Source of the DNA: Octopus vulgaris
Taxonomy: Eukaryota
NCBI GenBank assembly: GCA_951406725.2
Contig: OX597838.1
Location: 43,028,001 to 43,092,000 of the forward strand
DNA: 64,000 bases
Direction of reading: 5' to 3'
The translations under genes were made by a program, and so were the position numbers. This document shows positions 16,014 to 27,373 of this stretch, one piece after another (positions within the stretch are counted from its first letter, which is position 1; every line of letters begins with the position of its first letter). The notes beneath the pieces were generated by a model, which saw nothing but the letters and a program-made list of their open reading frames with translations, searched no databases and was not told the DNA's origin.

Positions 16014-17109
16014 ACATGTATGTATGTATGTATGCATATACATATTTATACTTATATGTGTGTGTGTGTGTGTATGTTTGTGTATATATCACATATATGT
16101 ATATCTATATCATCATCATCATAGACATCATCATTATCATTTAACATCCATGTTCCCTGCTGCCATAGAAAGAGAAAAATGATCAGCAGGAACTGCAAGG
16201 CATGGATGATGACAATCAGATACCCAGGTGTCTCCCACAAGGCATTCGGTGAGTAGAAGTGGGTGGGTAGTTAATTTGCAAGGTTGTATGGGAAGGAGGA
16301 TGAATACAGCAAATAAACATCTAATGAATACGTAACCATGGTGATTGAACAACTGATATTATCAAAACAGATGCGAGATTCATTTGCATATGACATCAGA
16401 TTTACATGGCCAGGTGAGTTATGTCTTTTTTTATGTGAATTTTTGAATGCTTTGAATACACCTGTGACACAAAGAGTCTGGATTAGGATTATGTTAAGGA
16501 TACAAGGATTTGTGGAATTTTCAACCGCATACAACAAGCCATCTGGCCCCTCCTCGTCCATTCTCTGTACCCTCTTTTAAGCTCACCTCCTTGCTCCTTG
16601 ATGGCTTATCATGACACCTCATCACTATGGTCTTATTCTCTTCCCAGCTACACCCACCCTTATAGCTATGTATCTTCTTTAGAGAAAGACATCTGTGCCC
16701 ACCCCTCCAACACACCCCAATCTCTCAACCTGTGGCACAAAGCCACTTCCCCACCCCTCAAATACTCCCCCATCTCCACTTAGACAAAGACATTCTTTCT
16801 TTTTCTTGTTCTTTTCCTGTGCTACAAGTTACTCAGTGATCCCATTGATGCAAGTGCGATAAAAAAATGTACCTGGTACACTCTGCAAAGTGGTCGGCAC
16901 CAGGAAGGCTCTCCAGTTGCAGACACCAAGCAGAAGCTATTGTTAGCACTAAATATAGCCCTGTGGCTTACCAGATCTTGTCAACCTATCCAACCCATGC
17001 TAGATTCGATAATGGATGCCAAATGAATCATCATCATCATTTAACGCCTGCTTTCCATGCTGGCATGTGTTGGACAGTTTGACTGAGGGCTGGTGAGCTG
17101 ATGGAGCCT

Positions 17110-17752
17110 GAGGGGAAGTCGATAATTACCTGCACTTTCACCATAACATATCATTATTATTGTCTCCCTGCCTTCTACGCATGCAAGCTTATTACTGTTG
17201 GTATTACTGTGGTCACTTGATCGCAGTTTGAGCCTGATCACACCATTTTTCTTTCTGGTTTTACAGTGTAAGCCTGGCTGCTCCACTAGCAATGGGCACC
17301 AAAGAAGAACAAAGAGCAGTAATCCAAGAGATGGCAATGGGGAACCGGTTCTCCATTAACATCTCCAAGAGAACCGGTTCCCCATTAACATCTCTTAAGC
17401 TTGCTGAATCTTCTCGTCAGTGGTGGAGGTTGACAGACGTCCTTCTCCCTCTTCATGCATCATGTTTCTCTGGCCACTTGTAAACTTCTCGATCCACTCA
17501 TACACACTTCTACGTGGTAGGGCACTGTGCTAAAGGCCTCCGATGAATTTCAGCACCTGACACACCATTTGACCAAAGAAATCTGACCACTGCGCTTTGT
17601 TCTTCTTTGGTGCACATTGCTAGTGGAGCGGCTGTGCTTACACTGCAAAAGCACAATTGTACCGACTTTAAACAGGCATCCGCAGAAAGCAGTGTGACAA
17701 TAATAAAGTTAGGCTATGGCAAAAGTGCAGATAATTTTTGACTTCCCCTCGT
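17110..17752. mobile_element. Mariner-derived element made of two head-to-head 5' ends
   Basis: TIRs GAGGGGAAGTC...ATTA at 17111 and its reverse complement ending 17750. The minus strand encodes a mariner transposase N-terminus MCTKEEQSAVVRFLWSNGVSGAEIHRR...SVYEWIEKF...GRLSTSTTDEKIQQ; the plus arm encodes MGTKEEQRAVI. Confidence 0.8.
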
Positions 17753-17767
17753 GTATGTATGTATGTA

Positions 17768-17808
<41 letters not shown>

Positions 17809-18108
17809 TTATGTATGTGTGTGTTTGTATCTGTGTTTGTTCTCCTCACGACCATTTGACAACTGGTGTAGGTGTGTTTATGTCCCTGTAACTTAGTGGT
17901 TCAGCAAAAGAGACCAATAAAATAAATACAAGGCTTGAAAAATAAGTACTCAGATCGATTCATTTGACTAAAAATTCAAGGTGGTGTCCCAGCATGGCCA
18001 CAGTCTAATGACTGAAAAAAAGATAAGATATATATATATATATATATATATATACGTTTAAATATTTGTTGTGCAAGATTTTTTATGTGAAGTCGTGTGT
18101 TGAAACAG

Positions 18109-18521
18109 ATATTGTTATATTTCGGAATGGTCATATTGCCAGTTTAGCCAATAAAAACACACGCACTATATATTTGGTGTTATTTTGCTTCAGTGATATT
18201 TATTTTTTACATTAATCTTAATCTTATTTCGGCCAAAGTTCTTTCGTCACACTCCTGTGACCGCATCAGTGGTCCTTTGTTTTCTTCTCACTTACTTGTG
18301 TCTCTCCTTACTAACGGTTAGTAAGGAGAGACACAAGTAAGTGAGAAGAAAACAAAGGACCACTGATGCGGTCACAGGAGTGTGACGAAAGAACTTTGGC
18401 CGAAATAAGATTAAGATTAATGTAAAAAATAAATATCACTGAAGCAAAATAACACCAAATATATAGTGCGTGTGTTTTTATTGGCTAAACTGGCAATATG
18501 ACCATTCGAAATATAACAATA
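18109..18521. mobile_element. ~205-bp-arm near-perfect palindrome flanked by (TA)n, hammerhead-like motif in each arm
   Basis: Axis at 18316 (CTAAC-G-GTTAG). Motif GGACCA-CTGATGC-GGTCAC..GTGAC-GAAA-GAAC-TT-TGGCC at 18357-18401. Confidence 0.8.
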
Positions 18522-18557
18522 TATATATATATATATATATGTATACATGTATATATA

Positions 18558-18590
<33 letters not shown>

Positions 18591-18670
18591 TTATATTAAG
18601 GGCATTAATTACTATACATAAATGCCTCACGCTAGGAGGGACTTTTAAAGTCAAAACTACCATAATAAAT

Positions 18671-18966
18671 GTGCCATCGGCACGAAGGCCAGCTTGTTGC
18701 TCTGGCAACGATCTCACTCGTATGGTACTCTTAGCGCTCCACTAGCAACGGATGCCAGTCACCGAGTTTGATTTCAACTTCGATTTCACTTGCCTCAACT
18801 GATCTTCACAAGCAGAGTTTAGTGTCCAATGAAGAAGAGGCACGCATAAGTGGACTGGTTACACCCCTGGCATAGGCCACAAAGGTGTATGTATATGTAT
18901 GTATGTATTTATGTATTTGATGGGTGCCTTGTGGGGTGTCTTAGTTTCTATCTACCAAATGTCCAC
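18671..18966 (-). repeat. 296-bp inverted near-identical copy of 11662-11957
   Basis: Reverse-complement comparison by eye shows about 1 mismatch and includes the same chimeric junctions. Confidence 0.9.
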
Positions 18967-19264
18967 ATTGTACCGAATTCGAGGAAATGCAACTCTTGAA
19001 ATGAGCATTTTAAAAACAGAATTCAGCTGCATATCATATGATTTCATAATTAGTGCACAAAATGCACTTTTTAATCTTCAGTGCAAGCATAACTCAAGAT
19101 ACACAAAAATGAACAAAAAATCAACATACCAGATGAACACCAAATGTATCCAGCATATATGCATACACACACACACACACACACACACAGAAGTAGTAAT
19201 AATGAAAGGTACAGAAACAAGAATTAAAATAAATGAATAAATAAATAAATCTGCCTGTACTCAC

Positions 19265-20716
19265 CGCTTTATCTGCATGGTAATCCGAAACAAGGATAAA
19301 AGGAATGGTTGTTAATGTAGCATATCCGAAACCTGTGACTGCAGCCACAGCATTTACAATGATTATATTGTGACAGAAGACCATTATGAACATAGCGAGG
19401 GAGAAACTGGCCATTCCACAAAGATAGGTGAGTCGGCAGCCATACCGTTCCACCAAACGCTCAATGAAAGGGGAATATGCAGCAGATGTCATGCAATGTA
19501 ACAGGAGACCCCAGCTTCCCATTCGCACGCCTTCGTCGAAATTGTTCCGTGACAAGGAATTCTCAGGGGCATTAGGATTGCCATCGTAAACGGCTTGGCC
19601 AACATAATCGGTGTAGAAAAGTGTGAATCCCATCACGGCAGTCCAACTACAGAAGTTGGCAGCAGCTAGCTGCCGAAGAACGAAGGGTATATCAAGTAAA
19701 GCTTGGATATTTTCAGGTAATCGATGATATATGCCTGTCCAGAGAGATTTAATAAGGCGTTTGCTATATTTACAAATATGACAAATGATTGGCAATTTAA
19801 CAGTCAATAATGTTAAGCTGAGTATACAAGAAATTACTTTTGAGAGGAACACAGGTGATGAGTTGATCAATCTGGTCTTTGATGCTGTCCTTTGACTTTT
19901 TAGTGATGTTGCAGAAGTTGTGTTATCGTCTGATATAGACTCGTTACTGCTTGTTTCATAACCAGACTCATGAATATTGTTCGTTACTAAAGGCACCCCT
20001 TCTACGTCTCCAGAATATAACAGTGATTGTTCTTGGCTATTCTGTAACTGCGGAGTCTCCTCTGCAATCATCAGAGTCGCAGCAGATGATAAAAGGTATA
20101 AAACTAAAAGAATTGCAAAAATGGATTGTTCCTGTCCCCCGAAATAGTGTCCTAGAGATGAGTTGCTCCAGTCTAGAGCTGTTATCAAATAACCAACACA
20201 GCCACCAAAGCTGACCATGAAAGAATAAATTGTAAAAATTCTCTCTTTCTGATCTGTGCCTTCTGAAGCATCTGAAAGAAGAGCCTCACATGGTGTTAGC
20301 AATGACTGTGTCGAGAAATCCAGTAAGATGACACCAGCTGTTAAAACAAAAATCCCTAAGTGGGAGCTGGTTATTACTTCACTCTGTTCTGTGAGATAAA
20401 GGTTATCACCAGACAGAATGAACACAAGAGATAATAAAATTAGCAGAGATATCCAAAATATGAAAGGACGCCTTCTTCCATATTTACTTTTACACTGATC
20501 ACTGGCTCGACCCATGAGGGGCACAATGATCAAACAGAGAAGTGGACCCATTCCCAGAATGATGCTCATATTCTCTTCAGAGTAACCAACTTTGAGAAGC
20601 AGTGGAGAGATGCACGTGAAACCAGCACATGCACAGATTTCAACTCCAAAGACCACAGAGTTGAGCAGAACCATCTGAGAGAAGGACAAGGTTTTCCTGC
20701 TTTGCTGCGGCAACAT
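19265..20716 (-). CDS. SLC45A3: Solute carrier family 45 member 3 (prostein)-like MFS/GPH sugar-proton symporter, large coding exon (484 codons, phase-0 donor)
   Basis: FGVEICACAG..ISPLLLKVGYSEENMSIILGMGP..VPLMGRASD..SKYGRRRPFI, LLDFSTQSLLTPCEALLSD, FCSWTAVMGFTLFYTDYVGQAVYDG, FDEGVRMGSWGL and YHADKA match vertebrate SLC45A3 as I recall it. Donor GCG|GTGAGT at 19264. Acceptor polypyrimidine+CAG starts the exon at 20871. The ORF-track tail 19121-19264 is intronic read-through. The C-terminal exon was not found in the window. Confidence 0.93.
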
Positions 20717-20761
20717 CTTCGCTTGTCTTGCAATTTCTCCAAAAGAAGAATCAGTTGAAGC

Positions 20762-20842
20762 TCATAAATGTTTGTGTAACATGTACAGCTTTTCTTTCAA
20801 TTTGCTTGTTGCATCGTGCTTCGCTTTCATTGTCCAGTCCAT
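20762..20842 (-). other. 26-aa upstream ORF in frame with the SLC45A3 start
   Basis: ATG 20842 MDWTMKAKHDATSKLKEKLYMLHKHL TGA(20764-20762), then 15 sense codons to ATG 20716. Confidence 0.7.
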
Positions 20843-21188
20843 TTTAAGGGTGGGAAGACAGGTCTTGAAAGCTGGACAAAGGAATAGAGAAAAATAAAAG
20901 AATCATTTTAGAAAAATAATGAAGGACTGCAATGGAATATAAGAAATATTCAATAATTGTAAAATTGTAAAATCTATGGTTAAGGACAGATGTTCTTTTG
21001 GAATGAGATGAGTGGATGCAGCTGCTTGGACATTTGGCATTTGGCATGGTTGACTGGACATTTAACTTGTTTGGGTGACAATATGTTTTGATGCTGAAGG
21101 CAAACACACACACAAATATACAGAGAGAGAGAGAGAGAGAGATACAGACAGAGAGAGGGAGAGGGGAGAAACATTAAAATGTCTGAAG

Positions 21189-21411
21189 TCAACTCTTTAG
21201 CATTCAAGCCGGCCATATCCGACCAAAATATTTAACCTGTTTTATGTTGAAACTGACCAGATCCAGCCTCTCACACCAACCCTGCAATGTCATTCCAAAA
21301 CCAATTACATCATTGAAATTTCTAAATTACAAGACAATGCATGATTAATCCCAAACAATATAAATAAACAAAAAGATTACATCCGACAATAATCCGAGTT
21401 CTAAAAGGTTA
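21189..21411. mobile_element. piggyBac-like MITE (TTAA-type ends)
   Basis: Ends TCAACTCTTTAGCATT ... TTCTAAAAGGTTAA. Homologous copies in opposite orientation at ~51030-51222, ~51253-51455 and ~51640-52145. Confidence 0.5.
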
Positions 21412-22239
21412 AGACAACATCAAATCAACGATGCCAAACAGGCAGCACCGAATCAGCCATGCCAAGACATCTCATCCCCTATTCTTTTACCATTTCAGTG
21501 GACATTTGTATCACAACCAAAACTTTGGGGCAGGGCCTGCACTCTCCCCATCTTCATCAAACAGCCCTGTCTCTTCAAACTGATTGCATCCTCAACAAAC
21601 TCTTCCCCCTCTCATAGTTTAGGGAACAGTCACAAGACGAGAAGAACTGGAGAGGAAACGTGGCAGAGCAGCATCGGATGAAGCCTGGCTTTTGTTTGTT
21701 TATAAAAGTGATGAATCAGAGCCGAGATAACTATGGATGTACGAGGGGAGGGGGGGGAGAGAGACAGACAGACAGACAGGCTGGCTGAGAGACAGAGAGA
21801 AAATGTTTGGTAGGGTGTGGTTTATATGGAGGAGAGAGAGAGAGTTGAAAAGATGTGTGTAGAGAGACAGGGAGAGAGAAAGAGTTGATAAGGTATGGAG
21901 AGAGAGAGAGTGGGGGGGGGGGTGAGAAGCAAGACAACAGCGAGAAACTTTTAATAAGATGTATGTTTGAATAAGAAGAGGTGAGATATCTTTGCAGTTC
22001 TAGATTTGCACCTATGTATGCCAATGAGTGTGTAGCAAGGTAGAATTCTGCTTAATGCAACAGAGACAGGGAGGGAGAGAGAGAGGTAGAGAGAGAGAGA
22101 GAGAATGTACTGTAGTAGAATTGGGCATAAAGTTAAACTGAAGTATGAAAGGGAGGACATGTTGTGGCAGGTTTTATATAAAAAAAAAAAGGGGTCAAAA
22201 GGTGGGTGTTTTCTTGTCTTTCATTATTCCCCTTGTTTA

Positions 22240-22600
22240 AGTTATTTGGTTGCAGCCAAGGTGGGGCACCACTGTGAAGGGTTTTTTAGTCAAGCAAATC
22301 GACCCCAGGACTTATTTTCTTAAGCCTGGTACTTATTCCATCAGTCTCTTTTGTCAAACTTTGTCAAACTGCTAAGTTATGGGAATGTAAACACACCAAC
22401 ACTAGTTGTCAAATAGTGAGAAGGATACAAACACAGACACAAACACACACACACACAATGAGCTTCTTTCAGTTTCTGTCTACCAAATCCACTCACAAGG
22501 CTTTGGTTGGCCCAAGACTATAGTAGAAGACACTTGCCCAAGGGCCCACAGAGTGTGACTGAACCAGAAATATGTGGTTGGAAAACTAGCTTCTTATATA
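22240..22600 (-). mobile_element. SINE family A, diverged
   Basis: Consensus body and head recognisable. Confidence 0.85.
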
Positions 22601-22604
22601 TTTT

Positions 22605-22829
22605 TTTACTGCCCACAAGGGGTTACACACAGTGAGGACAAACAAGGACAGACAAAGTGATTAAATTGATTATATCAACCCCAGTGCGTAACTGCTACTT
22701 ATTTAACCGACCCTGAAAGGATGAAAGGCAAAGTTGACCTCAGCGGAATTTGAACTCAGAAAGTAATGGCAGACGAAATATCGCTAAGCATTTCGCCCGG
22801 CGTGCTACCGTTTCAGCTAGCTTCTTGCC
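22605..22829 (-). mobile_element. tRNA-derived SINE family C (Meta-domain-like)
   Basis: Reverse complement of the 55579-55817 element (GAGTTCAAATTCCGC.GAGGTC.ACTTTGCCTTTCATCCTTT). Partial copies at ~26030-26182, ~32185-32290 and ~43950-44095. Confidence 0.85.
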
Positions 22830-22862
22830 ACACAACCACTTCTCCACCTATATATATAAATA

Positions 22863-23228
22863 AAAATTATAATAAAAGGTTAATTGCAACAAGTTGCTCA
22901 AAACCACATACCGAAAATATTAGAAATAGCAGCCAAATTGATCACTATTTCTCCTACTAATAAAAGTCTCCACAAACAAACAGAATTTGTAACCCATATA
23001 TGGTAAAAAGAAAGAAAATAACGAAATCTCATCCTATGGATTAATTATAGATGAATATGGCTGCTATTTCTAATATTTTCGGTATGTGGTTTTGAGCAAC
23101 TTGTTGCAATTAACCCTTTATTATAATTTATATAATTCTTAGCAAATATGGTCTTTTCCATACCGATAAATCTACTAGGTGAAATTTATTAATTTTATTA
23201 AATTAATTACATTTCACCCTTTTTTTGT
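22863..23228 (+). mobile_element. Fold-back pLTR-like element related to 9213-9737
   Basis: Arms 22863-22935 and 23058-23129 (GGCTGCTATTTCTAA..CGGTATGTGGT); tail ends TTTCACCCT before (TA)n. Confidence 0.7.
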
Positions 23229-23699
23229 ATATATATATATATATATATATATATTTGATAGACTTGGTCATTCTCTCTTTTGTAGTTATGGTATTCTAGA
23301 AAATTGCACCTTTGCAAACTCTGGCACTGTGGGCAGCCAGCAAGATGATTTTTTCCCTGTCTTGTTTTAGCATTCTAAAGTAAGACATAGACTAAGCATA
23401 AGATTCTTCTATAATTTCCATGTGTGTGTTGAGTTGCAATGAGAGTAAGCTTATTGATGTCTGAGAGTTCCAGTTCACAAAATGGTACAGAGGTGGCAAT
23501 CGATATGAAGGTCAGCAGAGGTTTGGATCAAAACCGATGAGTTTTTAGACGAATGCATCTAAGCAGTCCTCAGTTTGGCTCATCCCTGCATTGGTAAGAG
23601 ACCAAAATAAAGGACCTCAAAGACATGTCTCACTTTCTCTGATTGGACATCCTCAAGTGGTGGTGGGGGGGGACATTTTTGTAGATAAAAGAACCAATA

Positions 23700-24062
23700 C
23701 AGGTGTAGCTATATATGGTAAGAAGTTTGCTTCCCAACCACATAATTTTGGGTTCAGTCCCACCGCATGGCACCTTGGGCAAGTGTGTCCTACACCTCTG
23801 GCTGGCCAAAGCCTTGTAAGTGGATTTGGTAGATGGAAACTAGAAGAAGCCTGCTGTGTGTGTGTTTGTCCATCACCACCACTTGACAACCGGTGTTGGT
23901 GTGTTTACATCCCTACAACTTAACAGTTTGGCAAAAGAGACCAATAGAGTAAGTACCAAGCTTTAAAATAGGAATAAGTCCTGAGGTCGATTCATTCAAC
24001 TAAATATTCTTCCAGATGGTGCCCCAGTATGGGCACAGTCTAATGATTAAAACAAATAAAAT
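23700..24062 (+). mobile_element. SINE family A, diverged
   Basis: Head with GGTTCAGTCCCACC..GGCACCTTGGGCAAGTG and typical 3' end. Confidence 0.85.
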
Positions 24063-24939
24063 AAAATTGGAACTTTGGAATGTTCAGACATTTACTGACA
24101 AGATTTATCTTCTGGCCCCTTTTCAGGCCACCCTGCCTGAGACTACCCTTGGTTCCATGATACAAGCTTCCAGCTTTTAAGAATTCTAAATTTAAACCTG
24201 GCAACAAAATTCCATCTTGTTTCAAATGTCAGCTGAAGAAGGACAAAGTTATTTAAGTGAATTCTTCACTATTTACAAAATCAGTCGAAGAAAGGCAGAG
24301 CATTTCAAGAGAGAAATGGTAAAAAAAAAAGAGGGGGGGTTAAACAAGACCAGCTGGTGAGGGTGAATCGAAGGTATGTGACAGAGCAGAATTTTAGAGT
24401 GGTCATGGTAGGCTTGTCTGTGATGATCAGGTTGATAGATTTACATGAATAAACAGGCTGACATTCATGATTGATGACTTGCAAATAAAAGGTTGTGTGT
24501 GTGTGCATGTAAGTATATAGTGTGCATGCACGTGTGCGTGTGTGTGTGTGTAAGTGTGTGTGAGAGTGTGTAAACTACAGTGCATAGTTGTGCATATAAT
24601 GAAAAAGCAGAGAGAGAGAGAGAAAGAGGAATTAATTTTAATCCATTGTTTGTGAAGCTGAAAAATGTATTTGTTCAGCTTAAAACCGTGCATCATTTGT
24701 ATTGACTAGATTATAGGTAAATAGTAACATTGTAGAGTGTGTGTGTGTTGGAGGGGTTGGGGGCTGAATATGAAAAAGCTTAAAAAAAAAAAAACATGTA
24801 CAGTAATTGAAGAAGATCATGAGCAGAAATATATAATTCCTACCAACATGGAATTATGATGGGTTACAGAGCTTCAAGTTAGAATCAAACCTGATTAAAT
24901 TCATCTACAAACTTCTACTCTCAATGTTAATACAAGGCG

Positions 24940-25142
24940 GGGAGGGGGGGGCTGAAAAGTTCCTGGATTTAAGGGGGCCACGAAAGGGCTGGTTGGAGGC
25001 CCAACCTTCCGAGTTCTTTTACAGGGCTTAGAAAAACTGAAGGACCCCTGCAAGAGGAATATGTTGAAGGAAATCATAATTAACTGATCCTCCTGCATTT
25101 ACTTTTATCAAAAGCCAGGAACTTTTCAGCACCCCCTCATAT
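24940..25142. mobile_element. Mariner-type MITE
   Basis: TIRs GAGGGGGG.GCTGAAAAGTTCCTGG / CCAGGAACTTTTCAGCACCCCCTC, followed by TA. Confidence 0.75.
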
Positions 25143-26364
25143 ATATAACCATCATCATCATCATCATTATCAATATCATCATCATCATTTTAACGTCCAC
25201 TTTTCTGTGTTCACATCAGTCAGATGGAATTCTTTGAGACAGATTTTCTACAGCCAGATGCCCTTCCTGAGGCCAACCCTCACCTTTCCCTAAGCAAGAG
25301 ATTATTTTCAGCATGACCCAAACAAATTTTCTCGAAAAAGTGGAAACAAATGATTGCCTGTATCACCACGGCAACACTCGTTACAACAATCGGACAATGT
25401 CACAGCAAGGTGACACTCAAACACATACACACAGTCCATCTGTCCATTCATCCATACATACTCTTATATAATGAGCTTCTTTCAGTTTCCATATGCCAGG
25501 GGCCAGGAATCCCTCACCATATCACGGTTCACTATTTAAGCTTACACCGATTCCTCTCTGGTGTTGCTTTGCATTTAGAATAAAATAGATACAAATTATA
25601 AAAATAATTTTTAAAAACATACACTACAGTATTGTTTCTACTTCATGGATTTTCACCTATTCCGGTGGGGTTTTGGAACGTAACACCCATGATAGTCGAG
25701 GGATTACTGTATACAGCAGAAGACATTTGCCCAAGGTGCCATACAGGAGGATTGACCCCAAGGTCGCATGACCAGAAAGTGAGCCGCCTAACCACACAGC
25801 CACACTTGCACCTATCTCATTATTAATAGAAACATTCATTAACTTTTGATACCAATCCACATGAGACCAACCACCCTGGTTGTTTAGTAAAGACTTTCTA
25901 TTTTAAAAGTAATCTAAATTAAAACTTTCCATCAAAATTTTATGTTTAATATTTGTTCCAAAAGCATCACCTTAATAATCCTTTCTATTATAGGCACAAG
26001 GCTTGAAATTGGGGGGGGGGCATGATAGTGTGTGACCCCAGTACTCCACTGGTACTTAATTTATTGATCCCAAAAGTATGAAAGGTAAAGTCCACCTCAG
26101 CGGAATTTGAACTCAGAACGTAGCGATGGGCGAAATACTGCTAAGCAGTTCGTCCAGCGTGCCACCGATTCCGCCAGCTCCCCCACCCCCACCCCGCCTT
26201 GCATCACTTTAATAATGACAAAGTTATTTCACCAAATTCTTCACTGTTTCCAAAATTGTTTGAAACAAAAATATTTCAATGGAAAAATGATAACAAAAAG
26301 ATTGAAACAATGGTTTAATGATAGCAACGCCTAACGACAATGGAGAAGACGACAATGCAAGCAA

Positions 26365-27373
26365 ATCATCATCATCATCACCATCACCACCTCTATCACC
26401 ACCATCATCATCATCACCATCACCACCACCATCACCACCTCCATCATCATCACCATCACCACCACCATCTCCATCATCACCATCATCATCACCACCTCCA
26501 TCATCATCATCACCACCACCACCACCCTCACCATCAACACCACAATCACCATCACCATCACCACCATCACCACCACCACCACCATCATCACCACCACCAT
26601 CACCACCTCCATCACCACCACCATCACCACCACCACCTCCATCATCATCATCATCATCACCATCACCACCACCACCATCATCATCATCACCACCACCACC
26701 ATCATCATCACCATCACCATCACCTCCATCATCACCACCACCATCATCATCACCACCACCACCTCCATCACCACTACCATCATCATCATCATCAACACCA
26801 TCACCACCACCATCACCACCTCCATCACCATCACCACCACCACCTCCATCATCATCATCATCACCACCACCACCACCTCCATCATCATCATCACCACCAC
26901 CACCACCACCATCATCATCATCACCATCACCTCCATCATCATCACCACCACCATCACCACCTCCATCACCACTACCATCATCATCACCATCACCACCTCC
27001 ATCATCATCACCATCATCATCATCACCATCACCATCACCACCATCATCATCACCACCACCATCACCACCTCCATCACCACTACCATCATCATCACCATCA
27101 CCACCTCCATCACCACCACCATCATCATCATCATCATCATCACCACCACCACCACCTCCATCATCATCATCACCACCACCACCACCACCATCATCATCAT
27201 CACCATCACCATCACCTCCATCATCATCACCACCACCATCACCACCTCCATCACCACTACCATCATCATCACCATCACCACCTCCATCATCATCACCATC
27301 ATCATCATCATCATCACACACCACCACCACCACCACCACCACCATCATCACCACAATCACCATCACCATCATC
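26365..27373. repeat. ~1-kb mixed (CAT/CAC)n trinucleotide repeat; expanded tail of a minus-strand RTE-type retroposon
   Basis: Directly visible; continues into TTTAATGTTCATTCTCCATGGCATGGGTTGGATGG, the reverse complement of the (GAT)n-tailed element end. Confidence 0.92.

Noticed and set aside
16271-16580. Overlapping 96/80-aa ORFs, faint resemblance to a Penelope RT motif
   Set aside because: Similarity too weak to call by eye; needs a profile search.
19121-19264. C-terminal 47 aa of the 531-aa ORF
   Set aside because: Follows a canonical GTGAGT donor, runs through (GT)n and loses SLC45 similarity; intronic.
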